From positions 372,001 through 436,000 of the forward strand of contig NW_020846294.1 in assembly GCF_003704095.1 (NCBI RefSeq): a DNA stretch of 64,000 nucleotides. The letters are read 5' to 3'. The translations under genes and the position numbers were made by a program. This document shows, in pieces, positions 53,217 to 63,959 of the stretch. Under the pieces are notes generated by a model. It did no database searches. It was given only the letters and a program-made list of their open reading frames with translations, and had not been told where the DNA came from. How positions within the stretch are numbered: position 1 is the stretch's first letter; each line of letters starts with the position of its first letter. Source of the DNA: Pocillopora damicornis (lineage: Eukaryota).

Positions 53217-56200
53217 TTTACCCTTTACGGTGGCTAATTTACATTTATAACCCAGTTGTTAACACTAAATTACCTGAGTGAAATTAGGAAGGAAAAATCT
53301 CTATTTGTTCTCCCTTGATTGTATTTTAACTCACAAGTAATGTGTACCCTTGTATCACATCATCACAAAAGGATTAAACGAGTCAATAACAGGGGTGATG
53401 AATAGCCTCTTGAACCTTTAACCCCTAAGAGTGACTGGCATCTAATTTCTCCTTAAAATATCACCACTGAATCACACATTAATGTCATGAGAATAAAGGA
53501 AATGATCACCAACTAAAAGAAACTCTTGATTGTTAGACAAATTCTCCTTGTCAGCACCTTAGTAAATGTACAGAGAGTGGTATGAAGAATATCAATACTG
53601 ATGTTAGGGTGTAAAGGGTTAAATATATTGCAGTCTAAAAACAAATTTCATGTTTTTCATTTCCAAGTTGTTTATCGCACCAACTCACAGATATCTAAAT
53701 TCCTCTTCAAAGGCCAACAGGCAAAATTCTGACTCAGTCACAAATAAAACGTTTGAAAAACTACCATAATAATTATCTATTGAACCCTTTAACGGCTAAC
53801 AGTGATAAGCATTTCAATTCTCCCAAAAGTTTCACTCCTAAATCAAAAATTAAGGTCATGACGATAAACAAAATAATCACCAACTAAAGAAGCTGTTGAT
53901 TGTTAAGTGCAGAAAATGTGTTCTTGTAAGAAACCGTGGGAAATGTATAGAAAACAGAATGGAGAGCTCGTATAGAGGTTGCTTACATGTTAGAGTGAAT
54001 GCTCTGAAATGTTTTCTCACACACTATATTGCTTTCAACTAGTTTCACCTTGAATGTTGGACAGAATATTCTGCAAGTCAGTCAGCTGCACAGCATGCCG
54101 AGGCTGTGTTGGACGGGATTGGGGAGCTGGAGGCACTGAAGGAGTAGCTGTTGCAGGGCGTGGTGTGGTAGTCCCTGATGATGAAGCTGAGGAAGTGCTC
54201 CTGGGTCCTGGTGAGGACTGTACCCTCGTAGGCCTGTGTAAGAAATGTAAACATACATCTGTCTTAATCAAAATTAAAAGTCACCAAGAATTTATCAAAT
54301 AAAAACAAGGGAGATTCATATTTCTGGGGAGCAAGATGGTGGTATTAACCCTCTGCACCCTAACATTCGAATGCATATTCTCCATACTGGGAGAATTTGT
54401 GCAATTTTTTAAAGGTTACACCTTTCACTCCAAGAAGTGATCAAAGAGATTTTCACCTTACGACAACAATTCATCTTCCAACAAAAAGATGATGAGGAGT
54501 GACAAATATAATCATGTACTTCCTAAGGATATTGCTTAATTTACCCCTTTAAATCCCAAGATCTGATTGTAATTCTCCCCTCTAACTGCTAGAAATTTCC
54601 TTATAAATGATTTACGAGAGTTTGATGTTTGATCATGGTAAGAACTTCTATCTGATAAGTTTGAGTATTCTTCTTGCCTGTTGGCTGAATAATGTATGGA
54701 TATTATGGGGAGAAGTTACATATTAATCACTTCTGGGACTTTAAGGGTTAAAAACAATTCTCAGACATAAAATTTATGAGAGAATGTAGTAAAAAAACAG
54801 TCTGAAGCACTGATAATCAGATCAATGGAGTGAAAGGATTAAAGGTGTGATCTTGTGGAAGGGTTCAGCTATATTTTGTTCCATAAAATAGTAGCCTACT
54901 CACGTAGGAGAAGCAGCAGTAGGTGCACTTATAGAGCTGCCAGCACTGGACAACCCACCATGCCCACCCAATCCTCCGTAACCACTCAGTAACTGAAGCA
55001 ACTGCTGCTGGTCCAGATTTCCCAACAAGCCTTGCAACTGACCATCACCTGTTAAATGACACAATGGTTATCCATCAAAAAAGTATGAAACTTTGGTTCC
55101 ATGTCAAGAGAGCTGGGTCTATTGTACAATATGTTCTGGCCCTTGTTCCTGGCCAAGACATTTACAGGTTTCTTTGAGTATATTCTGGTGCAATCCAATC
55201 AAGAAGGGCCAGCATGCCTCTTATTTGTTTTTTGGCCAAATTGGTTTCAACGTAGCATCAGCTCCTAGTTAACACTTCAACTCCCATGAGTGATCAAGAC
55301 ACAATTTCTCTTTACAATATCAATACAGTAGCAAGCGGACAAGTGAGGAGAATGAAGAAGAAAACTCAGTTACATGTAGGGGACTACAAGTTCATCCAAT
55401 ACCAAATTCTCCAAACTGACATCATAAGTGTGTTTGATGGCAGACAGGAAGGAGAATTACTAATGAGATCTTAAGAGGGAAAGGTTTAACAGACTTATAA
55501 ATTTTCAATAAAGAGTTCTAATTCATGCAAATTTGCAGCAAGTTTTCCAGATGTTCTTACAGATAAGCTGTACCCTGCTTTGTGTGAAAAAATGCTGCTG
55601 GTTATCTGCCAGTGTTTACTGTAGCTTATATTGTTGAGAGTTGTCACTGATTTTCATACAAAGGTCTTTGCATCTTGCAAGTCATGCATTCTGTAAGTAC
55701 TAAGCACTCTTACCCAACTGTTCACTTAGCCCAGCCAAAGCAGGGGGGAGACCACTGCCACCACCACCTGACCCTGGGGTGGGAGGGTTATTCAGCAAAT
55801 TGTTCACTTTGGTGCTATACTCCTCATCTTTGTCCGTCTTGGGTTCTTGCATCCAGAAAAAGAACTTGCGAGTGGATGATTTGAATTTCAGGATAAACAC
55901 TCTTCCTGTAGTGCACTGTTTTACGCGCTTGTACTCAATGTCATCAGGGAAGATGATGAGATCCTGAAAGTAAAGAAATCATTTTTTATTTGAATTGAAA
56001 GTGCAGTGTCTGTTCTTATTTAGTGTTCATATTCTCTTCAGCCTACAAAATTATTTTACTTTCAATTTAACCCTTTACACCCTGTCATAAGTATGCATAT
56101 TCTCCATACTGTTCTCTATACATTTCCTGAGTGTTGACAAGGAGAATTTTTTTCAACAATCAAGAGATTCTGTTGTTAATGCATAGTCTAGATTGTGTTA

Positions 56201-57359
56201 AGTCAGTTAGATCTGAAAGATTATTAAAATGAAACTCATTTAGATGGTTTATAAAAGGTTTGTTTTGGAAAAATAAAATTAATTATGAAATTTTCCAACA
56301 GTCGGTGAATTCTTGATAATTTTGGTCAGTGACTGACTTAAAAAAAATGACTGAGTAGGCCTAGAAAATGATGTCAAATTCCATAACTTGTATGAACTCT
56401 GATATTTGTGGTGGCATATCCCAGACGTTTTAAGATGTGATCAAAATTTGTCTGTCTAAATTTTTATTTAAGATCCAAATTAAACTGAATTGCCTCTCAC
56501 AAGTTGGGAGTTTTACAGGGGCACACTCTATTTCCCCTTTCTACGCTTTGAAGAGGCATTTAGGTAAAATTTCTGCACAGTCCCATTCCACACTATGCAT
56601 TCAGTTCTTGGATAGAGAAAACAATGACAAAAACGATACATTGCCATTGGAAAAACAGATTTGTTTTATAATAGTATGGGGCTGTGCCGAAATTTTACCG
56701 GCATTAACAGTGTCCCAAATTAACTGAAAGATGCTGAATATGTCAACACTACAATGTATTTATTTTTAGTAGCCCCTACTAAGCTTGTATGCCATGATAT
56801 TTATAGAGATTCGTATAACGTTTCGCCTTCCAAGTTTATTTCATTTTATTACTCTGTAACAAATTCCTTGACGACATCAAACCAAGTCAAATAACGATAA
56901 AAAAAGCTGATCGATTGACGATTGTCTTAAAGAAGATCGAGGCAAGATGCAGTTCCAAAAAATTTAACTAGTCTAATAATTAGCGTTCACGATATATAAT
57001 TTTTTCGAATCTGATATAAATTCCAGTGTTCCAGTGTGTTATCGTGAACCAAAATGTTAGTGACGCTTAACTTAGTGACATCTTGAAGTATTAGGCAAAG
57101 AATTTCCAAATCAACTAGGGTACGTAATGAGACAAAAGAATTTATTGCAAGAATTTCTACTTACGTCCTCAACATTTCCTGTGCCTCGATCCTTCCAACA
57201 GAAGTGCATAAGTGAATCTTCACTCTGGTAAATGTACACCATTCCCTTTCTTTTATCCGGCGTGACAGTAGTGCCTTTCATAGTCATTTTTCCAGCGCGG
57301 AATTCGACGAGATTTTTCGACGAAGATCGGCCCGCATGGCCGAAGAGACCGCTCGCCAT
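50459..57359 (-). CDS. ADRM1: Proteasomal ubiquitin receptor ADRM1 / Rpn13
   Basis: Exons 57165-57359 ([24 protein letters not shown]), 55714-55963 ([22 protein letters not shown]), 54904-55048, 54049-54233 (QLTDLQNIL), 52932-52967, 52290-52450 (SPQFQQ), 50826-50928 ([18 protein letters not shown]), 50459-50622 (ends EAMSLD*). Pru and UCHL5-binding domains are recognisable. Confidence 0.96.
51125..51261. mobile_element. Palindromic MITE (about 137 bp) with 8-bp TSD
   Basis: GGATCAcTATCAGTATCTGG...CCAGATACTGATATTGATCC, flanked by ATTTACTT on both sides. Confidence 0.8.
51951..52161 (+). mobile_element. piggyBac-like MITE, family A, nested in a family B copy (about 51850-52260)
   Basis: TTAA on both sides; the flanks rejoin into a family B element. 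Confidence 0.8.
52492..52703 (-). mobile_element. piggyBac-like MITE, family B
   Basis: Reverse complement of the 12356-12578 type. Confidence 0.75.
53021..53276. mobile_element. Penelope-like element terminal fragment with an inverted duplication and two minimal hammerhead motifs (ADRM1 intron)
   Basis: Inverted arms of about 97 bp at 53072-53168 and 53180-53276; same family as 21860-22062 and 46921-47070. Confidence 0.65.
53135..53168 (-). ncRNA. Minimal type I hammerhead ribozyme motif
   Basis: GCU-CUGACGA-A-GGGC(UAAU)GCUC-GAAA-CG-UC-AGC: conserved core, 4-bp stem II, palindromic ACGU stem III, 3-bp stem I. Confidence 0.6.
53411..53622 (-). mobile_element. piggyBac-like MITE, family B
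   Basis: Ends gatgttagggtgtaaagggTTAA. Confidence 0.75.
54541..54751 (-). mobile_element. piggyBac-like MITE, family C, nested in an older family-A-like copy (about 54416-54842)
   Basis: Reverse complement of the 47623 type; the flanks read as the two halves of another MITE. Confidence 0.7.
55269..55489 (+). mobile_element. piggyBac-like MITE, family A (diverged)
   Basis: ctcccatgagtgatcaagacacaatttctc...ggagaattactaatgagatc. Confidence 0.7.
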
Positions 57360-57455
57360 CTTGAAGATTTAACTCAGAGTGACTCGACAGATAGATGACT
57401 GCCCAGAGTGGGAGACTAGAACCTAACATTAGCAGCCACGCTCGTGGCGTCCAAA
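57360..57455. promoter_or_regulatory. Very compact bidirectional promoter/5' UTR region between ADRM1 and the UBF-like gene
   Basis: 96 bp separate the divergent ATGs; both ATGs sit in A(A/G)ATGGCG (YY1/TISU-like) context. Confidence 0.65.
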
Positions 57456-58229
57456 ATGGCGGCCGTGAATGGTGAAAGCGTGCGCGATGAATCTCAAGAA
57501 GAATCGTCAACCTGGACGCATGAAAAGGAGCTCAAATTGTTTGAAAAAGTCGATGAATACTTGGCAGATGGTGAAGAAAGGAAAGAAATTTACGTTAAAG
57601 ATATTAAATGGAGTGATATTGCATTCGATAATTTCACCACAGACGAGGTTCACAAACGCTGGAGAATCTTGACGTTACGGGTCAGAAAAATGAGAAATGC
57701 TAAAGAGATTCTCGAGGATGCGAAGCAAAGGGCGGTAGATAAACACGCCAATGCAGGATCTAGGAAAAGAAAAATAGATGATGCGCTCCCAAAAGCACCC
57801 TTATCAGCCTATCTCCTATTTAGCAAGGAAAGACGACCGCAGATGGCCGAGAAATACTCAGATCTGAACAATAAGCAATTGCTGGCCAAAATTGGTAAGA
57901 AGTGGAGGAAGCTCAGCGCAGAAAAGAAAAAAAAGTATCACGACGATTACTTGGAGAATAAAAAGAAATACGAGAGCGCATTGATGCAGTATTTCATTGA
58001 AAACTTTCCAGAAGAAAAGGCTCCCAAGACCGCATTTGAATTTTGGTCTTCTAAGATGAAGAAAGAAATCAAAGAAGAGCATCCCGACATATCGGATAAA
58101 AAGTTAAATAAAAAGCTCAGAAAGAGATGGGAGAGGCTAGAAGATGAAGAGAAGGAAGAGTGGGAGAAAAAATCTAAACAAGAGATGGATAAGTATCTAA
58201 GAAAAATGAGAAAGCGAGTCAGAGTTTGA
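57456..58229 (+). CDS. Nucleolar transcription factor UBF-like protein: N-terminal dimerisation-like domain plus two HMG boxes, intronless, 257 aa
   Basis: ATG in aaaATGGCG context at 57456 (the track's 57444 start is GTG). WTHEKELKL..IKWSDIAFDNFT..RW..VRKMR..EILEDA parallels the vertebrate UBF N-terminus as recalled (WSQEDMLTL..MDWEKVAFKDFS..KW..VRKFR..ELILDA). HMG box 1 PKAPLSAYLLF..IGKKWRKLS; box 2 APKTAFEFW..LRKRWERL. Confidence 0.85.
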   Translation: MAAVNGESVRDESQEESSTWTHEKELKLFEKVDEYLADGEERKEIYVKDIKWSDIAFDNFTTDEVHKRWRILTLRVRKMRNAKEILEDAKQRAVDKHANAGSRKRKIDDALPKAPLSAYLLFSKERRPQMAEKYSDLNNKQLLAKIGKKWRKLSAEKKKKYHDDYLENKKKYESALMQYFIENFPEEKAPKTAFEFWSSKMKKEIKEEHPDISDKKLNKKLRKRWERLEDEEKEEWEKKSKQEMDKYLRKMRKRVRV

Positions 58230-58554
58230 AAGGAAATGTGGAAAGATTTCAGCCCTGTACCATTCCAAAACAAAGCTAACTAAGAAGATTTATGAATGTT
58301 ATTGATTATGATAAACCATTGCCTTGGTGATGTTGTTTTGTTTGTTTTAAACAAACAGTTTAGAATGTTGTGTTGTGGCAGTCATACATTTGTAAGGAGG
58401 AAAGCAAAACCTTTTTAAGAAACAATAGCTTTAGGGGTGGAGTTTGTTACCATTGCGTAAACATAGCATATGAAGTTGTCATTTTTTTTTTCCTTCAGAT
58501 TCTCTAATGACTCTTCAGGGGTACTCTTTGGAGCTTTCTGATCATTCAATTTCT

Positions 58555-58763
58555 TTAACCATTAACTCCCAGAATTGATTAACATTAAACTTCTCCCTAT
58601 ATATCCTTACATCATCAAGTAAAAAGGGTAATCAGAGTGCTCAAACTTATCAGATAGAAGCTCTTATGATGATCTAATACCAAATTCTCATAACTAATTA
58701 CAAAGAAATGTGTTCAAGCTGGAGGAAGAATTACCAATCAGATCTTGGGAGTTAAAGGGTTAA
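58555..58763 (+). mobile_element. piggyBac-like MITE, family C
   Basis: TTAAcc...gatcttgggagttaaagggTTAA. Confidence 0.72.
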
Positions 58764-60368
58764 GTAGATGTTTTAGTATTTATAGTACCAATTTTTAGTG
58801 GAACTGTTGCTAGTAATACGTATATATATATATATATCACCAGTTTGATGAAAAATTCCAGGTGAGAATTGTACCCTTAATTCTGGTCTTCTGGTAATGT
58901 AAATATTTTTGTGAAACCATCCAGTGCTCTAAGCTGTGACTTACTTGGTCTAGCAAAAAATTTCGGCTAATAAGTTTTCAGGGAGAACGTGCTAGATTGG
59001 TGATTTGTGTTTGGTTGTCGTACGTGAAGATGAAATGTTTCATTCCCTATTGTTTAGGGATTAGATATAAGTGAGGTGTAAATCTGCATGAAGTATGACA
59101 GCTCTGTCTGTCCCGGGGTGAAAGGTATGGAGGGTTTTGTTTAGTTTCTTTTTCTCTCTTACGTTGGTGACTGAAATTTTATTTCTAGTGGCCAAAATTG
59201 CTGTGCCTGGAGCACTGGCAACAACCAATGTTTGGTGGGAGATTTGTTAATTCAAAAATGATGTAGTCTTGGGGAAAATGGTTACCTCCTCACCCCATCC
59301 CCCCCCAAAAAAAAAAAAATTGGTTTCGTTTACTTCTTACAATGCATAAAATATAATTTTATGCCTCAATATGATTTTATTCATTGCTTGTAGCTCAGAA
59401 ATGCACATACAGGAAGTTTCAATAGGGTTAAATTATTGGTTTTTTTTTTAGCAATCGTAGACTTTATGGCCTTTGCTAGGTTCCCAATCAATGAAGGCAA
59501 TTGAACAAAAATGCGCTTGCAGGAAAAATGATGAGCAAGCAGGTACAGTTGTTGAGGAAATGGCTTCACCATTTCTATGCATCTTTTTTGCTTATCTTCA
59601 TTGACCAAGAACCTTGTAGACTCGCAATGCTTTGCAACCAATTGAAACTCATTATTGGGTAATGAATGTAGAAGATATTTAGGTACAGTTTTCTTTTTAA
59701 GGTTCTAACTGATCTTCATGTTGATGGTTTTATATACAATTTACATAATTATATTCAGCAATGTAATGTATATTTATGCAGTGGTACCAAATATTTAGTT
59801 GGATTGATTAATTTAGAAAATTGGAGCATTGAATCTTTTTATCATATTTTTGCTCTTACTACTGGTAGGTTGTATCTGGCTTGATCATCACAATGATGTC
59901 CTTACCAACTAAATATTTTTTATTAATGATTTCAATGTTCAAACTGTTAGCACAGGTTTTATACCAGTACCAGAACTTGACATTTAAACTAGTTATAAAC
60001 TTGCAATCATAGTTATTTACTTATTAAGTTGTACAACAATAAAGATGTGTGGTCAAAATACCACTCTAGCCTTTTTTTTTTAGTTTAAGAATTTCTTCAC
60101 TTTATCAACTTCTAGCTTGTTGAATGCTGTTTGGCAAGTCTTACAACAGAGGATTAGTCTAATACCCCATTCACACCAGCAAAACATGTTTTGTTAAACT
60201 GGTTTTCATTGAATGAAAATTATAAACAGAGAACTGAAAAACTTGATTTTCCATTGGATTCAAGTACTTGCTAACTTGCATTTCCAATGTGCTACATTCA
60301 AATCAAAAATATTCGGCTAAATAGTTTCTATGAAGAAAAAAAAAATTAAACTGTGTTTAACAAAACAA

Positions 60369-60399
<31 letters not shown>

Positions 60400-60860
60400 G
60401 GGGCATAAGAGACTTGCCCTTCCCTATGTGAGCCTCAGATAATCTCTCGTAAGCTATTTATGGATCACTCTCATCTTTGGAGACCATGGTTGGATCTAAA
60501 AGTAGCCAATCCTGTGTCATTAGAGAGGAAGAAAAAGAAAGATTGACGACAGTGACTTAATGACTGAGCTAAGTTGGGCAGGACAGAAAAATATTCGGCT
60601 TTCAGCCTTTACATCAAGATGGATAGCCAAATATTTTCTCCAGCCTTCCCACTCAGTCAATAAGTAAAAACCAAGGGTCACATTTAGTAAAGACATATTT
60701 ACAAAGCAGGAAAGAAATATATGTTACATTGCTTACAAATGACGATACACTATTTCTTACTGGTTAAAAAAAAAAGGAAAGAGAGAAAAAAATTATTGTT
60801 TCCCTCATTAAAAGTAAAGTTTGCTGTTTGTAATGAAGTAAGTAAAAGTGAAAGTCTTCA

Positions 60861-61072
60861 TTAACACTCTAACTTCCAAGATCTGCCCCGTACCTCTCCC
60901 TTCCGGCTGCTACACATTCCCTTCTGAACAAGTTATAAGAATTTACTGTTTGATCAAGATAGCAACTTCTACCTGATAAGTTGAAGTATTCTCATGGCCT
61001 GTTTACTGGATAATGTATGGGTATTGTGGGGAGAAGTTACGTGTTAATCACTTCTAGGAGTTAAAGGGTTAG
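60861..61072 (-). mobile_element. piggyBac-like MITE, family C
   Basis: Colinear with 54541-54751. Confidence 0.7.
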
Positions 61073-62395
61073 AGAATGAGACAGTAGCAAACTAAAAACT
61101 AAAAGGCAATCCTAAGGTTAAAAGCATTTCAGAATACGTGAATCCTGCACGATCTCTTGAATAAAAGCGCATGTCCACTAGTGATTTCATTTCGCTAGTA
61201 ATGCTGGAAATCCTCATGTATTTCCCACCTGGCCAAGATTCTTCATTTCTCGGCAGTTTCACTGATCAGAATGCCGAGGTAGGTTGTAGACCCATTTTAT
61301 ATTTCTGTCAAGGGAAAGAAAAATGCCTCGGATCAGTTACGATTCAAGAATTGAGTTAGACAGCTATTAATTTGTAGTCATGAGACGGGCTTGTATGTTT
61401 TTGTTTTGATATTTTCGCTTATATCTTTCAGTTTTTTTGTTTTTGTTTTTTTGTTTACGTTTTTCTTTTTTACATTTTGCATTGAGTCTCTTTCAGCAGG
61501 GACGGGGTGTAGTACTTCCGTTTAGGTTAAAATGCACCTATCAATGGTTTGTCCTAGGATTGGGGGCGGGGGCGGGGGGGTGGGTCTACTCAGGGAGAAT
61601 TGACTGAGAGGACCTCCACTTGAGAGGAGATTTTGACATTTACGCAATGCTTCTGAGTCGCGAATTTGACCAGGCCGCAATCTTGAAAGATCGGGTGGAA
61701 CTGGAAATTAGGGTCATCCGCCATCTTGGAAGTCACCTGACGAAATTTGTTTGTTGAAATTTGCATACAATGTCTTTGATCCCCGGATGTGGAAGTTAGA
61801 CATATATTGGATACCCAAGGGCGGAAAAATTGGCTTTGAAAACCTGAAAATGTAAAATTTCCTTAAGCTCGCAACCTTCCCCACCCTTCATGGGAAAAAA
61901 AGGTGCAGGACTACGGCCATATTTCAAAATTACGAATCACGATGCAAACTAACCACCACTAATAAAATTTTACTCAATTCTGAAGCTATATATACATAAA
62001 AACTACACATTTCTCGTTGGATCCACCTAATATTTCCTTGCATTCACTGAAGCCCTGATACTATCATCTTGTGTTCGGTCAAAACAACTGCATTAGTTCA
62101 AACAAAAACTTTTTGTAGTCATTAATATAGTCGAAATTAGCACTGAGCGCACGCTCATATTTAAATAGAACCCTCCCACCTACACCATTGACAGTTCTGA
62201 TTGTCTCTTCATCTCATTTGGGTTTGCCGTTTATTCCTGACTACTGGACCGTTGGTTCAGTGTATTCGTCAAATATCTCTTATGTAATAGTCTGGTGTGT
62301 TATTTACGTCGGATATATACATTTATTAAACTTTCCGGTCCCAAAACAAGCCTCTCTCTGTTGTGGTGTTTAGTTTTGTGGCTTTCGACTAATTT

Positions 62396-63007
62396 TTATA
62401 TATATTTGTTGTTGTTTTCGTGATACGTCGAATGAACGTTTTGCGGCGGTGTTCCTGAATCAGTTGGTGTGTCCTGTGGTGGTGAAAGTGAATTGGATGA
62501 GGAGAGAGAATCGATCGAATCATTGAAAAATGAGTCAGCGAAGTTAGGGAACCCGCATTTTGAACACATCCATGTGAGAGATTAATTGCCGAGAACCTCA
62601 TACATTTGCAAATCAGTAGCATCACACTTTGCATGGAACCAGACTTCACACATATCACATTGGATCCCATTTTGGTAACTTATAACGGATTTGGTACATA
62701 CACCACAAGGATGCTTATACTGAGGACCTGGATTGCTTTCAATATTGCCACCAAGCAATAGAAACATTTGAAGAAGTCGCCGGAAAGTATTCCTTGAAGA
62801 CGAAGCATATAGATAGCGGAACGAACGAGGTCACTGGTGAGAACGACTTATGGCCGCTTCAAGTCTGGCCCGAATGGTTTGTTTGGAGGCCAAAGTTATG
62901 TTTAAGCCAAATTCGATGTACTTTTCCTAAAATCCATGCGAACTTGGTAGTATTGAAAGCAAATGTATCCCAAATAGGAGCAAAATCGCCACCAAAGTCA
63001 CACCCAT
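62396..63007 (-). mobile_element. Decayed 5' ORF of an APE-type non-LTR retrotransposon (CR1/L2-like): signal-like leader, 2A-like peptide, PHD finger
   Basis: One frame from ATG 63007: MGVTLVAILLLFGIHLLSILPSSHGF*...Q*PRSFRYLYASSSRNTFRRLLQMFLLLGGNIESNPG|PQYKHPCGVCTKSV..IQCDMCEVWFHAKC..LGN*SLTWMCSKCGFPNF, then a Ser/Pro-rich linker. Three internal stops; no endonuclease or RT follows. Confidence 0.7.
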
Positions 63008-63257
63008 TTTAAAGCACTCAGCTGAACATTACAACGCTTAACGTAACAATTCTTACGAGTCAACAGATCATTCGACTCTATGAATGTTCACCAAATCAGT
63101 GTTTTCAAACAATATCAAATTTATGAATAAAGTTAAAAAAGTGTGTCATATTAAAGTCTCCAGCCTGTCAATTCAAAATCTCTCTTGCAGGTAAGTAAAT
63201 CCCCTAAAATTCTATATATCAGATAAAAGAGAAATCGAGATTGAACGTACGACTTAC

Positions 63258-63448
63258 TTCGTATCGATAGCTGGCAAAGGACACATCTCTTCTTGCGTAA
63301 CACTCTCCGTTTGCGTATCAGCTACTCTTCCGTGATCACTCGACAGGGCTATTTCCTTCATTTCTGCTCTCAATTTGGAAGCTTCATCGCACAGTTGTTG
63401 AATTCTAGTCTGGAGACGAGCATTATCCGCTCTCATTTCGGTTGCCAT
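63258..63448 (-). CDS. Possible first coding exon of an unidentified coiled-coil protein
   Basis: gcaaaATGGCA start, heptad-like MATEMRADNARLQTRIQQLCDEASKLRAEMKE, ending at a perfect GTAAGT donor (63257). No convincing in-frame downstream exons were found. Confidence 0.35.
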
Positions 63449-63959
63449 TTTGCTTCGCCTGCGATACGACATTAAACTTCCTGCGTTTCCCATATAGGCG
63501 CTGAAATTCGTTTAAACGGCGTACGCTCGCTAGAAACTCCGTATTTAATTGAATTTATTTCGTTTTCCAGGTGATTTATTTAGTTGTTGTTTTTGCTATG
63601 TGAGATTAACTGTTTGTGTAAGAAAATGATCGTTGTTAAGAAGAAAGAATGATTTCTTTTCTAACGGTTTTCCTTAGAAAGCTGTCCTTTGAACATTTTC
63701 GGAAATTAAGTCCAATTTGTTGGGAAAACCCAAACAATTAGTCAGCTGTCACGCTGATTTTATTTTAGAAGCCGAGGGGGATATCTGGGTATCCCGCATC
63801 CTATTAAATTTTGGCCTAAATGTCCCGTATCCAGTTAATTCCTGTGATTTATATCCCTGAAATTCCAGCTCGATACGTCGGAATCTCTATTTAGGATATT
63901 CTGTATCGCGTAAATTTTTCCAAAAGTATCCTGTATCCCTATATTTTTTTACCCGAATT

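Noticed and set aside
62828-62836. In-frame TGA in the 2A cassette as selenocysteine or programmed readthrough
   Set aside because: TAG and TAA stops also occur in the same frame and no SECIS was seen; simple decay explains all three.
63177-63196. Plus-strand tctctcttgcAG|GTAAGT resembling a recursive splice site or zero-length exon
   Set aside because: No plus-strand host gene or long intron is evident; a single motif can arise by chance.
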